Both the position numbers and the translations under genes were made by a program. This document shows positions 1-7,988 of a stretch of DNA of 64,000 nucleotides, one piece after another; position 1 is the stretch's first letter; every line of letters starts with the position of its first letter. The notes below the pieces were generated by a model. The model did no database searches. It was given only the letters and a program-made list of their open reading frames with translations, and had not been told where the DNA came from. The stretch covers positions 288,001 to 352,000 of the forward strand of contig CAYSCM010000001.1 in NCBI GenBank assembly GCA_964429815.1, given 5' to 3'. This stretch comes from an uncultured Candidatus Saccharibacteria bacterium (lineage in GTDB: Bacteria; Patescibacteriota; Minisyncoccia; Phycocordibacterales; CAYSCM01).

Positions 1-945
1 CTTCTCTCCATTTTCAATAAGCTCTTCGACATGAAGGTCGCGGGAGGGCCCGCATTCGAGCAGTACTTCAGAAATTCAGCGCTTTTGGTTATGGAGCACC
101 CGCAAAGCGGAAACACCCTTTTTGATATCGGGCGAGTTCTTGCGGACCGCGGCTTCAGGCAGATGAAGCTTTCTCACAGCCAAAATCCAACCATCCAACA
201 ATTTTGGCGCACCGCTGAGGAGACGACCGGCGAGCAATCGCTTGCGAACTTCGTTCCCTACATCACCAATAAGTTCGACGTCTTTACGACCAACGACATC
301 ATGCGCCCCATCATCGCGCAGGAGCGCTCGGCGCTCAACTTCCGGGAAATAATGGACTCGAAAAAGATTCTCTTGGTGAATCTCGCCAAGGGGCGTCTCG
401 GCGACATCAACGCGAACCTCATCGGGCTTGTGCTCGTCGGCAAAATACTCATGGCCGCGCTCTCGCGAGTCGACTCATTCGGTGCAGATCTCCCGCCGTT
501 CTACCTCTACATTGACGAGTTTCAGAACATCACCACTGACTCCATAGTTTCCATCCTCTCAGAGGCGCGTAAGTACGGCCTTTCGCTCACCATCGCGCAT
601 CAATTCATCAAGCAAATACAGGAAAATATCCGCGACGCGGTCTTCGGGAACGTGGGGAGCCTCTGTACATTTCGGGTTGGAAGCGACGATGCGCAAGAGC
701 TCGAAAAACTTTTCGCGCCCACCTTCAAGGCTATGGATCTTCAAAATCTCGACAACTACAACGCGATCCTCAAACTCCTCTCCGGTGGAAAACCCATGGT
801 GCCGTTTTCCCTCGCCACCGCAGCGCCGGCTGCGACCGACCGCGACACGGCCGCCCGCATTAAGAAATCCTCCGCGCTTCGCTTCGGGCGCCCCAAGTTC
901 GAGATTGAAAAAGAAATTGCCGCACGCTATAGTCAGCCCCTATGA
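1..945 (+). CDS. C-terminal part of a TraG/VirD4/TrwB-like type IV secretion coupling ATPase (partial; the 5' end probably lies before the window)
   Basis: Walker-B-like LYIDEFQN, LSLTIAHQ, and an acidic C-terminal tail. The ORF runs to the window edge. Confidence 0.45.
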   Translation, partial: LLSIFNKLFDMKVAGGPAFEQYFRNSALLVMEHPQSGNTLFDIGRVLADRGFRQMKLSHSQNPTIQQFWRTAEETTGEQSLANFVPYITNKFDVFTTNDIMRPIIAQERSALNFREIMDSKKILLVNLAKGRLGDINANLIGLVLVGKILMAALSRVDSFGADLPPFYLYIDEFQNITTDSIVSILSEARKYGLSLTIAHQFIKQIQENIRDAVFGNVGSLCTFRVGSDDAQELEKLFAPTFKAMDLQNLDNYNAILKLLSGGKPMVPFSLATAAPAATDRDTAARIKKSSALRFGRPKFEIEKEIAARYSQPL

Positions 946-1547
946 AACATCCTAAAGAAGAACGCACGCTCGTCCTCATAAAGCCGGACGGCATCCAGCG
1001 CACTCTTATCGGCGAGATCATGGGGCGCTATGAGCGCCTTGGGCTCAAGCTCGTCGGCCTCAAGATGCTCGTGCCGACCGAGAAGGAGGTCGAGGAGCAC
1101 TACACGCTCGACCCAAACTGGCGCCGCATCACCGGGGAGAAGCGCATCGCGAAGGCACGCGAGCGCGGCGAAAAGCCGCCGTCAGAGGACCCGCTCGAAA
1201 TAACCGCCATCATTCTCGAAAAGCTCAAAAAATACATGACCTCGGGTCCCGTCATCGCAATGGTCTGGCAGGGAGCGCACTCGGTCGAGCTGGTCCGCAA
1301 GCTCACTGGCGGCACCGAACCGAGAAGCTCCGATGTCGGCACTATCCGCGGGGATTTCGTACTCGACTCCTATGGCATGGCGGACACCGATGGTCGGGCT
1401 ATCCGCAACCTTATCCACGCCTCCGGCACGGTGCCTGAAGCGGAAAAGGAAATTCCACACTGGTTCTCCAGAAAAGAGCTCGTCGACTATCGTCTCGTGC
1501 AGGAGCAGATACTCTACGACGTTAATCTCGACGGAATCTTTGAGTAA
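942..1547 (+). CDS. ndk: nucleoside diphosphate kinase (long form with insertion)
   Basis: TLVLIKPDGIQR...IGEI...GLKLVGLKM N-terminal NDK signature. ATGA overlap with the upstream gene. Confidence 0.8.
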   Translation: MKHPKEERTLVLIKPDGIQRTLIGEIMGRYERLGLKLVGLKMLVPTEKEVEEHYTLDPNWRRITGEKRIAKARERGEKPPSEDPLEITAIILEKLKKYMTSGPVIAMVWQGAHSVELVRKLTGGTEPRSSDVGTIRGDFVLDSYGMADTDGRAIRNLIHASGTVPEAEKEIPHWFSRKELVDYRLVQEQILYDVNLDGIFE

Positions 1548-1710
1548 AGGCCAGCCGAAGTTCTAAAAAACACGCCTATTTTCAGCTGAAAATGTGCTCC
1601 GCTGGGCGCTGTCCCGCCTGCGCGAGGTTTTTCGTCCTTCGGCGGGAGAGTATTGAATGTAAAATACCGGACTACGTAACCTTAAGCCCTCTCTTTGGTA
1701 TACTGGAGGT

Positions 1711-1897
1711 AGGTTCGTCTGGCGTATTACCCCTTACGCAAACATTAGGGAGTCCTATATCTCGCCGCGTCCGTGATCGCCGGCCTAGCCGCGAACTACG
1801 ATGCGCCGTTGCGGACACCCACCTGGCGTAGCGCCAGGTAATACGCACAAATGAACCTCCACAGAGTGCTCCCGCGGTGCGGGGGCATTTTGTTTTT
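1711..1897 (+). ncRNA. candidate small structured ncRNA (6S-like rod?) from TATACT promoter to intrinsic terminator
   Basis: TATACT at 1699-1704. Long-range complementarity gcgtattacc (1722-1731) / ggtaatacgc (1837-1846) and ggagg/cctcc ends. Terminator hairpin cccgc-ggt-gcggg plus T-tract at 1871-1897. No convincing ORF. Confidence 0.25.
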
Positions 1898-1903
1898 CGG
1901 GGT

Positions 1904-1909
1904 ATACTG
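1904..1909 (+). promoter_or_regulatory. -10 element TATACT 7 nt upstream of ATG (leaderless-type promoter)
   Basis: TATACT then 7 nt then ATG at 1917. Confidence 0.4.
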
Positions 1910-1916
1910 CTAGGTC

Positions 1917-3284
1917 ATGGCCAGCGGAAAGCTCACGCTCACATTTTACGGCGGCACTGGGGCCGTGACCGGCTCCAACTTCCTTCTCGACGACGGGGAG
2001 ACGAAACTCCTCATCGATTGCGGGCTCCAGCAGGGCACGAAGTTCGTCGAAGATTACAACCGCCAGAGTTTTCCTTACAATCCCCGTGATATCGCCGCAC
2101 TCGTCGTCACCCACACTCATCTCGACCACATCGGCCGCATCCCTAAACTTGTACGGCAAGGCTTCCGGGGCCCCATTTTTTCGACTCCGCCGACCAAAGC
2201 GCTCGCAGCCATCCTTCTTCGCGATGCGCTTTCCGTCATGGAGCACAACCATAAGCTCCACGGCGAACCCCCCATCTATGAAGCAGAGGATATCGAGCGG
2301 GCGCTTTCGCTGTGGCGGGGGGTGCCCTACCACGCGATGGAAAAGATCGCCGGCGATTTCTCCATCTATCTGAAAAATTCCGGCCACATTCTCGGCTCGG
2401 CTATCGTGCAGGTCTACCACCGAGGCATCTCGGTTGCTTTCACCGGCGACCTCGGCAATTCCCCTTCGCCCCTTCTTCCCGACTGCGAAGAGGTGACTGA
2501 CGTCGATTACCTCGTCATGGAGAGCGTGTATGGGGACCGCAATCACGAGAAACGCGACGAGCGCCGCGACGCACTTGAGGACATAATCGAAGACACAGCG
2601 CATCGCGGCGGCACGCTCCTCATCCCGGCGTTTTCCCTCGAGCGCAGCCAGATCCTCCTCTACGAAATAAACCGGCTCATGGAGGGAAGCAAGATACCGC
2701 TGCTGCCGGTGTTTCTCGACTCGCCGCTTGCCATCAAAGCGACCGTAGTCTACGAGCAATTCTGCGACTACCTCAAGAGCGATGTGCGCGGCCAGTTTAA
2801 AAAGTGCGAGGAGATTTTTTCCTTTCCCCAGCTCTTTCTCGCCCGGGAGCGCAAGGACGCGCAGCGCGTTTTGGAGGGGAGGGGCCCCCGTATCATCATC
2901 GCAGGCTCGGGCATGTCGATGGGAGGCCGGGCCCCCGAGCTCGAGAAAAAAATTCTCCCCGATCCGGACTCGACGCTCCTCCTCGCGGGGTTCCAGGTGC
3001 CGGGAACTATAGGCAGGCGTATTCTCGACGGGGCCAAGGAGGTGGTCATAAACGGAGAAACGGTGTCGGTGCGCGCCAGGGTGCTCTCGATACGCGGCTA
3101 CTCCGCGCACAAAGACTCTGATGCGCTTGTCGCGTTCGGACAGCGCGCGGCGGACGCGGCCAAAAAAATATTCGTCACGATGGGGGAGCCGAAAGCATCT
3201 CTTTTTCTCGCGCAGCGGCTTCGCGACTATGTTGGCGTCAATACGGTCGTGCCCAAGGCGGGAGATAGGGTCGAGCTCATCTGA
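1917..3284 (+). CDS. MBL-fold beta-CASP ribonuclease (RNase J / CPSF-like)
   Basis: HTHLDH zinc motif, beta-lactamase fold N-terminus, about 455 aa. Confidence 0.7.
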   Translation: MASGKLTLTFYGGTGAVTGSNFLLDDGETKLLIDCGLQQGTKFVEDYNRQSFPYNPRDIAALVVTHTHLDHIGRIPKLVRQGFRGPIFSTPPTKALAAILLRDALSVMEHNHKLHGEPPIYEAEDIERALSLWRGVPYHAMEKIAGDFSIYLKNSGHILGSAIVQVYHRGISVAFTGDLGNSPSPLLPDCEEVTDVDYLVMESVYGDRNHEKRDERRDALEDIIEDTAHRGGTLLIPAFSLERSQILLYEINRLMEGSKIPLLPVFLDSPLAIKATVVYEQFCDYLKSDVRGQFKKCEEIFSFPQLFLARERKDAQRVLEGRGPRIIIAGSGMSMGGRAPELEKKILPDPDSTLLLAGFQVPGTIGRRILDGAKEVVINGETVSVRARVLSIRGYSAHKDSDALVAFGQRAADAAKKIFVTMGEPKASLFLAQRLRDYVGVNTVVPKAGDRVELI

Positions 3285-3328
3285 TTCTCCATACGCAAAA
3301 GGAGCTTTTGGACGTATAATCAATCTCC

Positions 3329-3913
3329 ATGGGCGAGGAAATGATCCGTCACGCACATACGAAGGTAAAGGTCTGCGTCTCCGGCGCGGCGGAGACGGGG
3401 CATTGCGGCCTCAATGCATTTGAAAAGGGAAAAGACCTTGGTCGCGAGATAGCTAAGCAGGGCGCGGTCCTGGTGACCGGCGCCACGACCGGCTTTCCCC
3501 TGTGGGCCGCGCAAGGGGCGAAAGAGGAAGACGGCCTCGTCATCGGTTTCTCGCCCGCTTCCTCCGAGCGCGAGCACGTCGAAGTGTTCCGGCTCCCCGT
3601 CGATTTTCATGACCTCATCGTCTACACCGGCTTTGGCTACCCCGGACGCGACCTCATCCTCACGCGCAGCTCCGACGCCGTCGCATTCGGTTGCGGCCGC
3701 ATCGGCACCATTCACGAGTTCACCATTGCCTTCGAGGATAGAAAGCCCATCGGCGTTTACGAGGCGGAGTGGGAGACCGACGAAGTTATACGTACCATCC
3801 TTGAGAAGGGACACCGCCCGGATGGCTTCGTCCTCTTCGATAAGGACCCCGGAGTTTTGGTAGGGAAGCTCATCAAAATGGTTCAAGACCGCAGAAAATC
3901 TTTGAAAATATAA
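3329..3913 (+). CDS. LOG/TIGR00725-family Rossmann-fold (SLOG) protein
   Basis: VCVSGAA...GAVLVTGATTG...GIG(T) pattern typical of LOG/lysine-decarboxylase-like proteins. Confidence 0.5.
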   Translation: MGEEMIRHAHTKVKVCVSGAAETGHCGLNAFEKGKDLGREIAKQGAVLVTGATTGFPLWAAQGAKEEDGLVIGFSPASSEREHVEVFRLPVDFHDLIVYTGFGYPGRDLILTRSSDAVAFGCGRIGTIHEFTIAFEDRKPIGVYEAEWETDEVIRTILEKGHRPDGFVLFDKDPGVLVGKLIKMVQDRRKSLKI

Positions 3914-3920
3914 AACAAAA

Positions 3921-3946
3921 ACTCCCGCGCACGCGGGAGTTTTTGT
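3921..3946. terminator. bidirectional intrinsic terminator
   Basis: Hairpin ctcccgcgcacgcgggag flanked by an A-tract on the left and a T-tract on the right. Lies between convergent genes. Confidence 0.6.
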
Positions 3947-4290
3947 TAGGTGACCGTTTTGACTACTTGCGCAAAGGTCTCGGGGTGCTTTTCGGCGAGG
4001 AGGGCGAGAATCTTTCTATCGAGTCCCACCTTTCCTTTAGCGAGCGCGGCGATGAATTTGCTGTAAGAGATGCCGTGTTTGCGGACCTCGGCGTTTATCT
4101 TTACTGTCCAGAGGGCGCGCATGTCTGCCTTTTTGTCACGGCGGTGCGCGAAGGCGTACTTGCCGGCATGGAAAATGGCCTCGCGGGCCTGGCGTTTCTT
4201 TTTGGAGCGGCCGAAGCGGAAGCCTTTCGTTTGGCGAAGAATGTACTTGCGGCGGCGTGTATTGACTACTCCTCCTTTGACGCGCGACAT
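3946..4290 (-). CDS. rplT: 50S ribosomal protein L20
   Basis: Strongly basic sequence with the L20 signature. Operon infC-rpmI-rplT. Confidence 0.9.
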   Translation of the reverse strand: MSRVKGGVVNTRRRKYILRQTKGFRFGRSKKKRQAREAIFHAGKYAFAHRRDKKADMRALWTVKINAEVRKHGISYSKFIAALAKGKVGLDRKILALLAEKHPETFAQVVKTVT

Positions 4291-4293
4291 GGT

Positions 4294-4479
4294 CTAGCTG
4301 TTAGGCAAAAAGCGGCTCTTCTGCGCGTTGGTCATCTTGAGTTCAACGAGTCCACGGCGGTTGAGACGCCCCGTCTGCGACTCCTTGGCGTTGAAATGAT
4401 TCTGTCCGGCTTTGCGCGCCAAAATCTTCCCCTTGCGGGTGACCCGGAGCCTTTTGGTGAATGACTTGTTCGTTTTCAT
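4294..4479 (-). CDS. rpmI: 50S ribosomal protein L35
   Basis: 61-aa basic protein between infC and rplT. Confidence 0.85.
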   Translation of the reverse strand: MKTNKSFTKRLRVTRKGKILARKAGQNHFNAKESQTGRLNRRGLVELKMTNAQKSRFLPNS

Positions 4480-5003
4480 GATGCTTTTTTGCTTTTATTC
4501 CGCTCGATGAGGACCGTGAAGCCCTTGGGCGACTTTTTTATCGGGTCGGCCACCCGGTGAGGCTCCCCGATGATGAGCATGAATCGCTCGAGCCGCTCCT
4601 TCAGGAATTTTTCGTCCATGTACTTGTAGCGTCCCCAGAGGAAGAGGTCGATTTTGACGCGATCTCCCTCCCGCAGCCACTCAGAGGCCTTCTTGGCCTT
4701 GAGCGCGAGGTCGTGCTCGCCGGTGCCTATCTTGATCTGCACGCTTTTTACCTCGGTGGTGTGGGCTTTGCCTTTTCCCTCCTGCTCTTTCTTCTTTTGG
4801 TCGTACTGAAACTTACCATAGTCCATTATTTTCGCAACGGGCGGGTTGGCACCCGGACTTATCTCGATTAGATCAAGTGTCGCTTCTTTTGCCCTTCTGA
4901 GAGCCTCCGAGGTCGGGATAATACCTAAATTGGCGCCGTCAGCGCCAATGACCCGCAGTTCGGGCACTCGGATGGACTCGTTGATTCTTACTTTTTCTGC
5001 CAC
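4476..5003 (-). CDS. infC: translation initiation factor IF-3 (GTG start)
   Basis: IF3 N- and C-domain sequence. Start codon is GTG (plus-strand cac at 5001-5003). Confidence 0.9.
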   Translation of the reverse strand: MAEKVRINESIRVPELRVIGADGANLGIIPTSEALRRAKEATLDLIEISPGANPPVAKIMDYGKFQYDQKKKEQEGKGKAHTTEVKSVQIKIGTGEHDLALKAKKASEWLREGDRVKIDLFLWGRYKYMDEKFLKERLERFMLIIGEPHRVADPIKKSPKGFTVLIERNKSKKAS

Positions 5004-5099
5004 AGGAACCGGCCTACTCTAGCATTTGCGAGCCGTTTTCGCAATTGGAACTCCGGGTCGATTTTTCTAGTATTGATACTAGATGAATTGGAGTTACCC

Positions 5100-5498
5100 A
5101 TGATCTTCACGTGCCTCGACCACGTCTCGGTCCTCTGTAGAGACTACGAAGTATCGAAGAAGTTTTACATCACGATCCTCGGCTTCAGGCTCATTCGTGA
5201 GGAATTCCGATGGGACCGTTTCTCCTGGAGGGGAGAATTGTCGCTTCGTGGACGCTACCTCGTCGAGCTCACCTCTCTCCCCAACGCTCCGGCACGCCTG
5301 ACTAATCCCGAAGCAACGGGCGGTAGGCACCTGGCGTTTGCATGCGGAGATTTCGACAGTGCCCTCGCACATTTGCGGGAGCGTTGTTCGGTTGAGAGCG
5401 TGCGTTTTGACGCCTTGCGAAAGCGGAGGTTCACGTTCTTTTTTGATCCGGACGGATTGCCCACCGAACTTGTCGAAGCGAAAAGGCCTCACGTATAG
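5100..5498 (+). CDS. VOC/glyoxalase-family protein
   Basis: LDHVSV...FYITILGF...FFFDPDGLPTELVE. GGAG Shine-Dalgarno sequence 6 nt upstream of the ATG at 5100. The ORF track's TTG start at 5073 is less likely. Confidence 0.6.
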   Translation: MIFTCLDHVSVLCRDYEVSKKFYITILGFRLIREEFRWDRFSWRGELSLRGRYLVELTSLPNAPARLTNPEATGGRHLAFACGDFDSALAHLRERCSVESVRFDALRKRRFTFFFDPDGLPTELVEAKRPHV

Positions 5499-5508
5499 GG
5501 GCCTTTTT

Positions 5509-5865
5509 TCAGTCTTCAGGCGGGTACATCTCGTGTTTGATCGCCCGGAGCTTCGCGATCACGTCGGGATCAGTGATGCGCATGAAACGCTCGACCTCAT
5601 CACCGTCCTTTTTGGCCGCCTCGTAGAACATGTGAAGCGGTCGGTTATCGAACATCTTGCCGAGTTTGTATACCGTAGCCTCTTTGTACAAAGGTCTGTA
5701 ATTAAGCATGAACTGATCGATTGGCCGGCAGTCTTCTTCAGTATGGTGGCCGACGCCGTAGATGTAATAGGCGTAATTGTTAATCGCCCCCGCAGGATCG
5801 TGTTTGTAGTGGTAATAGTAGCCGGGCTCCGGCACTTTTTCTGGTGGTTGCGGATTGTTGCTCAT
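5509..5865 (-). CDS. DUF1653-domain protein
   Basis: YHYKH...Y..YGVGHHTEE...YRPLY...MFYE pattern typical of DUF1653. Local GC lower than flanks. Confidence 0.45.
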   Translation of the reverse strand: MSNNPQPPEKVPEPGYYYHYKHDPAGAINNYAYYIYGVGHHTEEDCRPIDQFMLNYRPLYKEATVYKLGKMFDNRPLHMFYEAAKKDGDEVERFMRITDPDVIAKLRAIKHEMYPPED

Positions 5866-6027
5866 GTGAAATTTCCTGTTGCCCCTCCAACCTTACTTCA
5901 GAATTTTAAAATACAAAACTCGCCATCGAACGTGTTTTGTGTTCGGGTAGAGAGGGGTGGAATCATAGGGATATTCCTAACCACCTTAACGTGATATATT
6001 TCGATAAAGTTTTATCCTCCTGACTGA

Positions 6028-6564
6028 ATGCAAAAAAATATATACATAATCACTGGCGGACCTGGGTCTGGAAAAACGAGTATGATCGAGGAATTGAAGA
6101 AGCAGGGATTTAATGGCTCTGAAGAATTATCAAGGCAATTTATTAAGGAGCAGATACAGACGAAAGGGAGGTTACTTCCCTGGGTCGATAGATTGGGATA
6201 CAGCGAAGAGATGCTCAAAAGAAGAGTGAATCAGCATGAAAAAACCTCTTCCAGTGATTTATGGTTTTTTGATAGAGGAATTCCGGACTTAATTGCCTAT
6301 ATAAGAAAAGATAAGCTTAGCGTGCCCGAGATCTTCTATGTCTCAGCAAAAGAGTACAGGTACAATCACATTGTATTTTTAACACCTCCCTGGAAAGACA
6401 TATACGAAAACGATTCTGAACGAAGAGAAACTTTTGAGGAGGCAAAAAAAATTCACGCCGAGATTGTGAGCACCTACCTAAACCTAGGATATGAAACCCA
6501 TACTGTACCAAAGGGCACCATTGACGAGAGGGTCAGTTGGGTTTTGAATCTCGTCGGCGGCTGA
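6028..6564 (+). CDS. AAA_28 / NadR-like P-loop ATPase
   Basis: GGPGSGKTS Walker A near the N-terminus. Markedly AT-rich (~40% GC) relative to the genome. Confidence 0.55.
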   Translation: MQKNIYIITGGPGSGKTSMIEELKKQGFNGSEELSRQFIKEQIQTKGRLLPWVDRLGYSEEMLKRRVNQHEKTSSSDLWFFDRGIPDLIAYIRKDKLSVPEIFYVSAKEYRYNHIVFLTPPWKDIYENDSERRETFEEAKKIHAEIVSTYLNLGYETHTVPKGTIDERVSWVLNLVGG

Positions 6565-6782
6565 AGTTATCAAACTGAAAAATCCTCCAATACCCCAGGG
6601 CTTTTCGAGGTCTTTGTCAGTGAAACTCCTAGATGTAGAGATGGGCGGAATCGACATACCAAGTCACTAATTCGCTTCGCTCATAAGTGCTTGCCGGCCC
6701 TCCTCGCCGTCGCGAAGCGACATGGCTCCGGCCGTTCGATTCCGACGAATGTGCCACATTCTCCAACAAAGGCAAAAGAAAA

Positions 6783-6806
6783 AACCGGCACAAAGCCGGT
6801 TTTTCT
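6783..6806. terminator. bidirectional intrinsic terminator (serves tmRNA on the minus strand)
   Basis: ccggc-acaaa-gccgg stem with a T-tract on plus and T-rich on minus, directly 3' of the tmRNA end. Confidence 0.5.
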
Positions 6807-6813
6807 TTTGCTG

Positions 6814-7183
6814 TGGAGATGGGCGGAATCGAACCGCCGTGCAAAATAGGGTAAACGCGTTTCTACACTATCTAGTCTGCTCTCAATTCTCGAAGTTATG
6901 CGTTAAGAGCAAACAAAATCGCATACCTTCCAGTCTCGTAGTTTAGACGCGCTCGTGAGACACCAAATGCGTCGAGTCCGGAAATATTACACCCAAGAGT
7001 GCCTAACAGACTTCAACAAGCTGGATGGGATTAGGCCGTCGCGTAAGCGAAGGAGAAATCCTTTGCCGAAAAATACGGCGAAGTAACTGATTTTGCAGTT
7101 ATTTTTTCAGGATTTTAAGGAAGGTCCTGACTTCCACAGTGCACGTTAGTTTACGGATTATTTTGTCTAGGCCGATCATCCCC
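6814..7183 (-). ncRNA. ssrA: tmRNA (transfer-messenger RNA)
   Basis: 5' GGGGAUG pairs with 3' CAUCUCC, giving the G3:U70 wobble (tRNA-Ala identity). T-arm GGCGGUUCGAUUCCGCC. An AAAAAAUAACUGCAAAA pre-tag region resembling the E. coli resume region. Candidate tag ORF GCA...GCU UAC GCG ACG GCC UAA. Immediately downstream of smpB. Confidence 0.7.
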
Positions 7184-7441
7184 GAGGAGGGCACGAGCGT
7201 GTTTCAGCGATTCACGTGTTTTGTTGAGGAGGCAAGTTTAACGCTTGCCTCTATTTTCTTTAGGTGGAACGTTTCCCTTTCACTGCAAGGTACAAGACCA
7301 TGATGAGACCTACTGCTAGCAGTACTCCCCACCCGAAAACGATGTTCTCGCTCACCCATATGAGATGAGCATTGAGATCGCACATGACTACCTCCAAGTT
7401 TCCTCAACAAAACACGCAACTCACGCCCTCTTTGGGAAGGC

Positions 7442-7891
7442 CTAGTATTCTTTTTTCAACGAACGCCCTATGTCTCTCTGCGCCTCGCGCTTCTTCATAT
7501 CTTGACGTTTGTCATGGAGTTTCTTACCACGCACGACCGCGATGGAGACCTTTATCTTGCGAGCCTTACCATACATCGAAATAGGCACTATTGTCAAGCC
7601 CTTTTTGCTCTCAAACCCCAGAAGCCGGGAGATTTCCGTGCGGGTAAGGAGAAGTTTTCGTGTGCGTTCCTGATCGTAGTTCTCGGGGGTGTTCTTCGGC
7701 TGGTAGGGCGGGAGCTGCATGCCAACGAGGTATGCTTCATTGCCGCGCACGACGATGCGCGCACCTTCCAGTTTTCCGCGCCCTTCGCGCAAGCTCTTTA
7801 CCTCAAGACCCAGCAATTCGATACCCGCCTCTAAGGTTTCGAGTATCTCGTAGGTCAGGCGCACTTTTTTGTTTTCGACCAAGGCGGCCAT
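7442..7891 (-). CDS. smpB: SsrA-binding protein
   Basis: GLELLGLEVKSLR...RKLLL...GLTIVP SmpB signature. Adjacent to the tmRNA. Confidence 0.85.
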   Translation of the reverse strand: MAALVENKKVRLTYEILETLEAGIELLGLEVKSLREGRGKLEGARIVVRGNEAYLVGMQLPPYQPKNTPENYDQERTRKLLLTRTEISRLLGFESKKGLTIVPISMYGKARKIKVSIAVVRGKKLHDKRQDMKKREAQRDIGRSLKKEY

Positions 7892-7973
7892 GCCCCCGAC
7901 TATAGCATTTTTCCTCAGGGAACCCTACCCAAATGCCGATTTTTGTTTTCTAGTATTTTCAGTCCTTTTGTGT

Positions 7974-7979
7974 ATACTA
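7974..7979 (+). promoter_or_regulatory. -10 TATACT, 9 nt upstream of ftsH ATG
   Basis: tgTATACTactagtctct ATG. Confidence 0.4.
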
Positions 7980-7988
7980 CTAGTCTCT

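Noticed and set aside
1592-1831. 79-aa ORF in the ndk-RNase gap
   Set aside because: No RBS and poor codon character. The region is better explained as the structured ncRNA candidate.
1785-3356. 523-aa minus-strand ORF
   Set aside because: Antisense shadow of the beta-CASP RNase gene in high-GC DNA. Arg/Gly/Pro-rich with no motifs. The plus-strand gene has clear catalytic signatures.
6735-6751. Possible additional tRNA on the plus strand (GGCCGTTCGATTCCGAC)
   Set aside because: Only a T-loop-like fragment with no acceptor or anticodon arms. Interpreted as a tmRNA-derived fragment.
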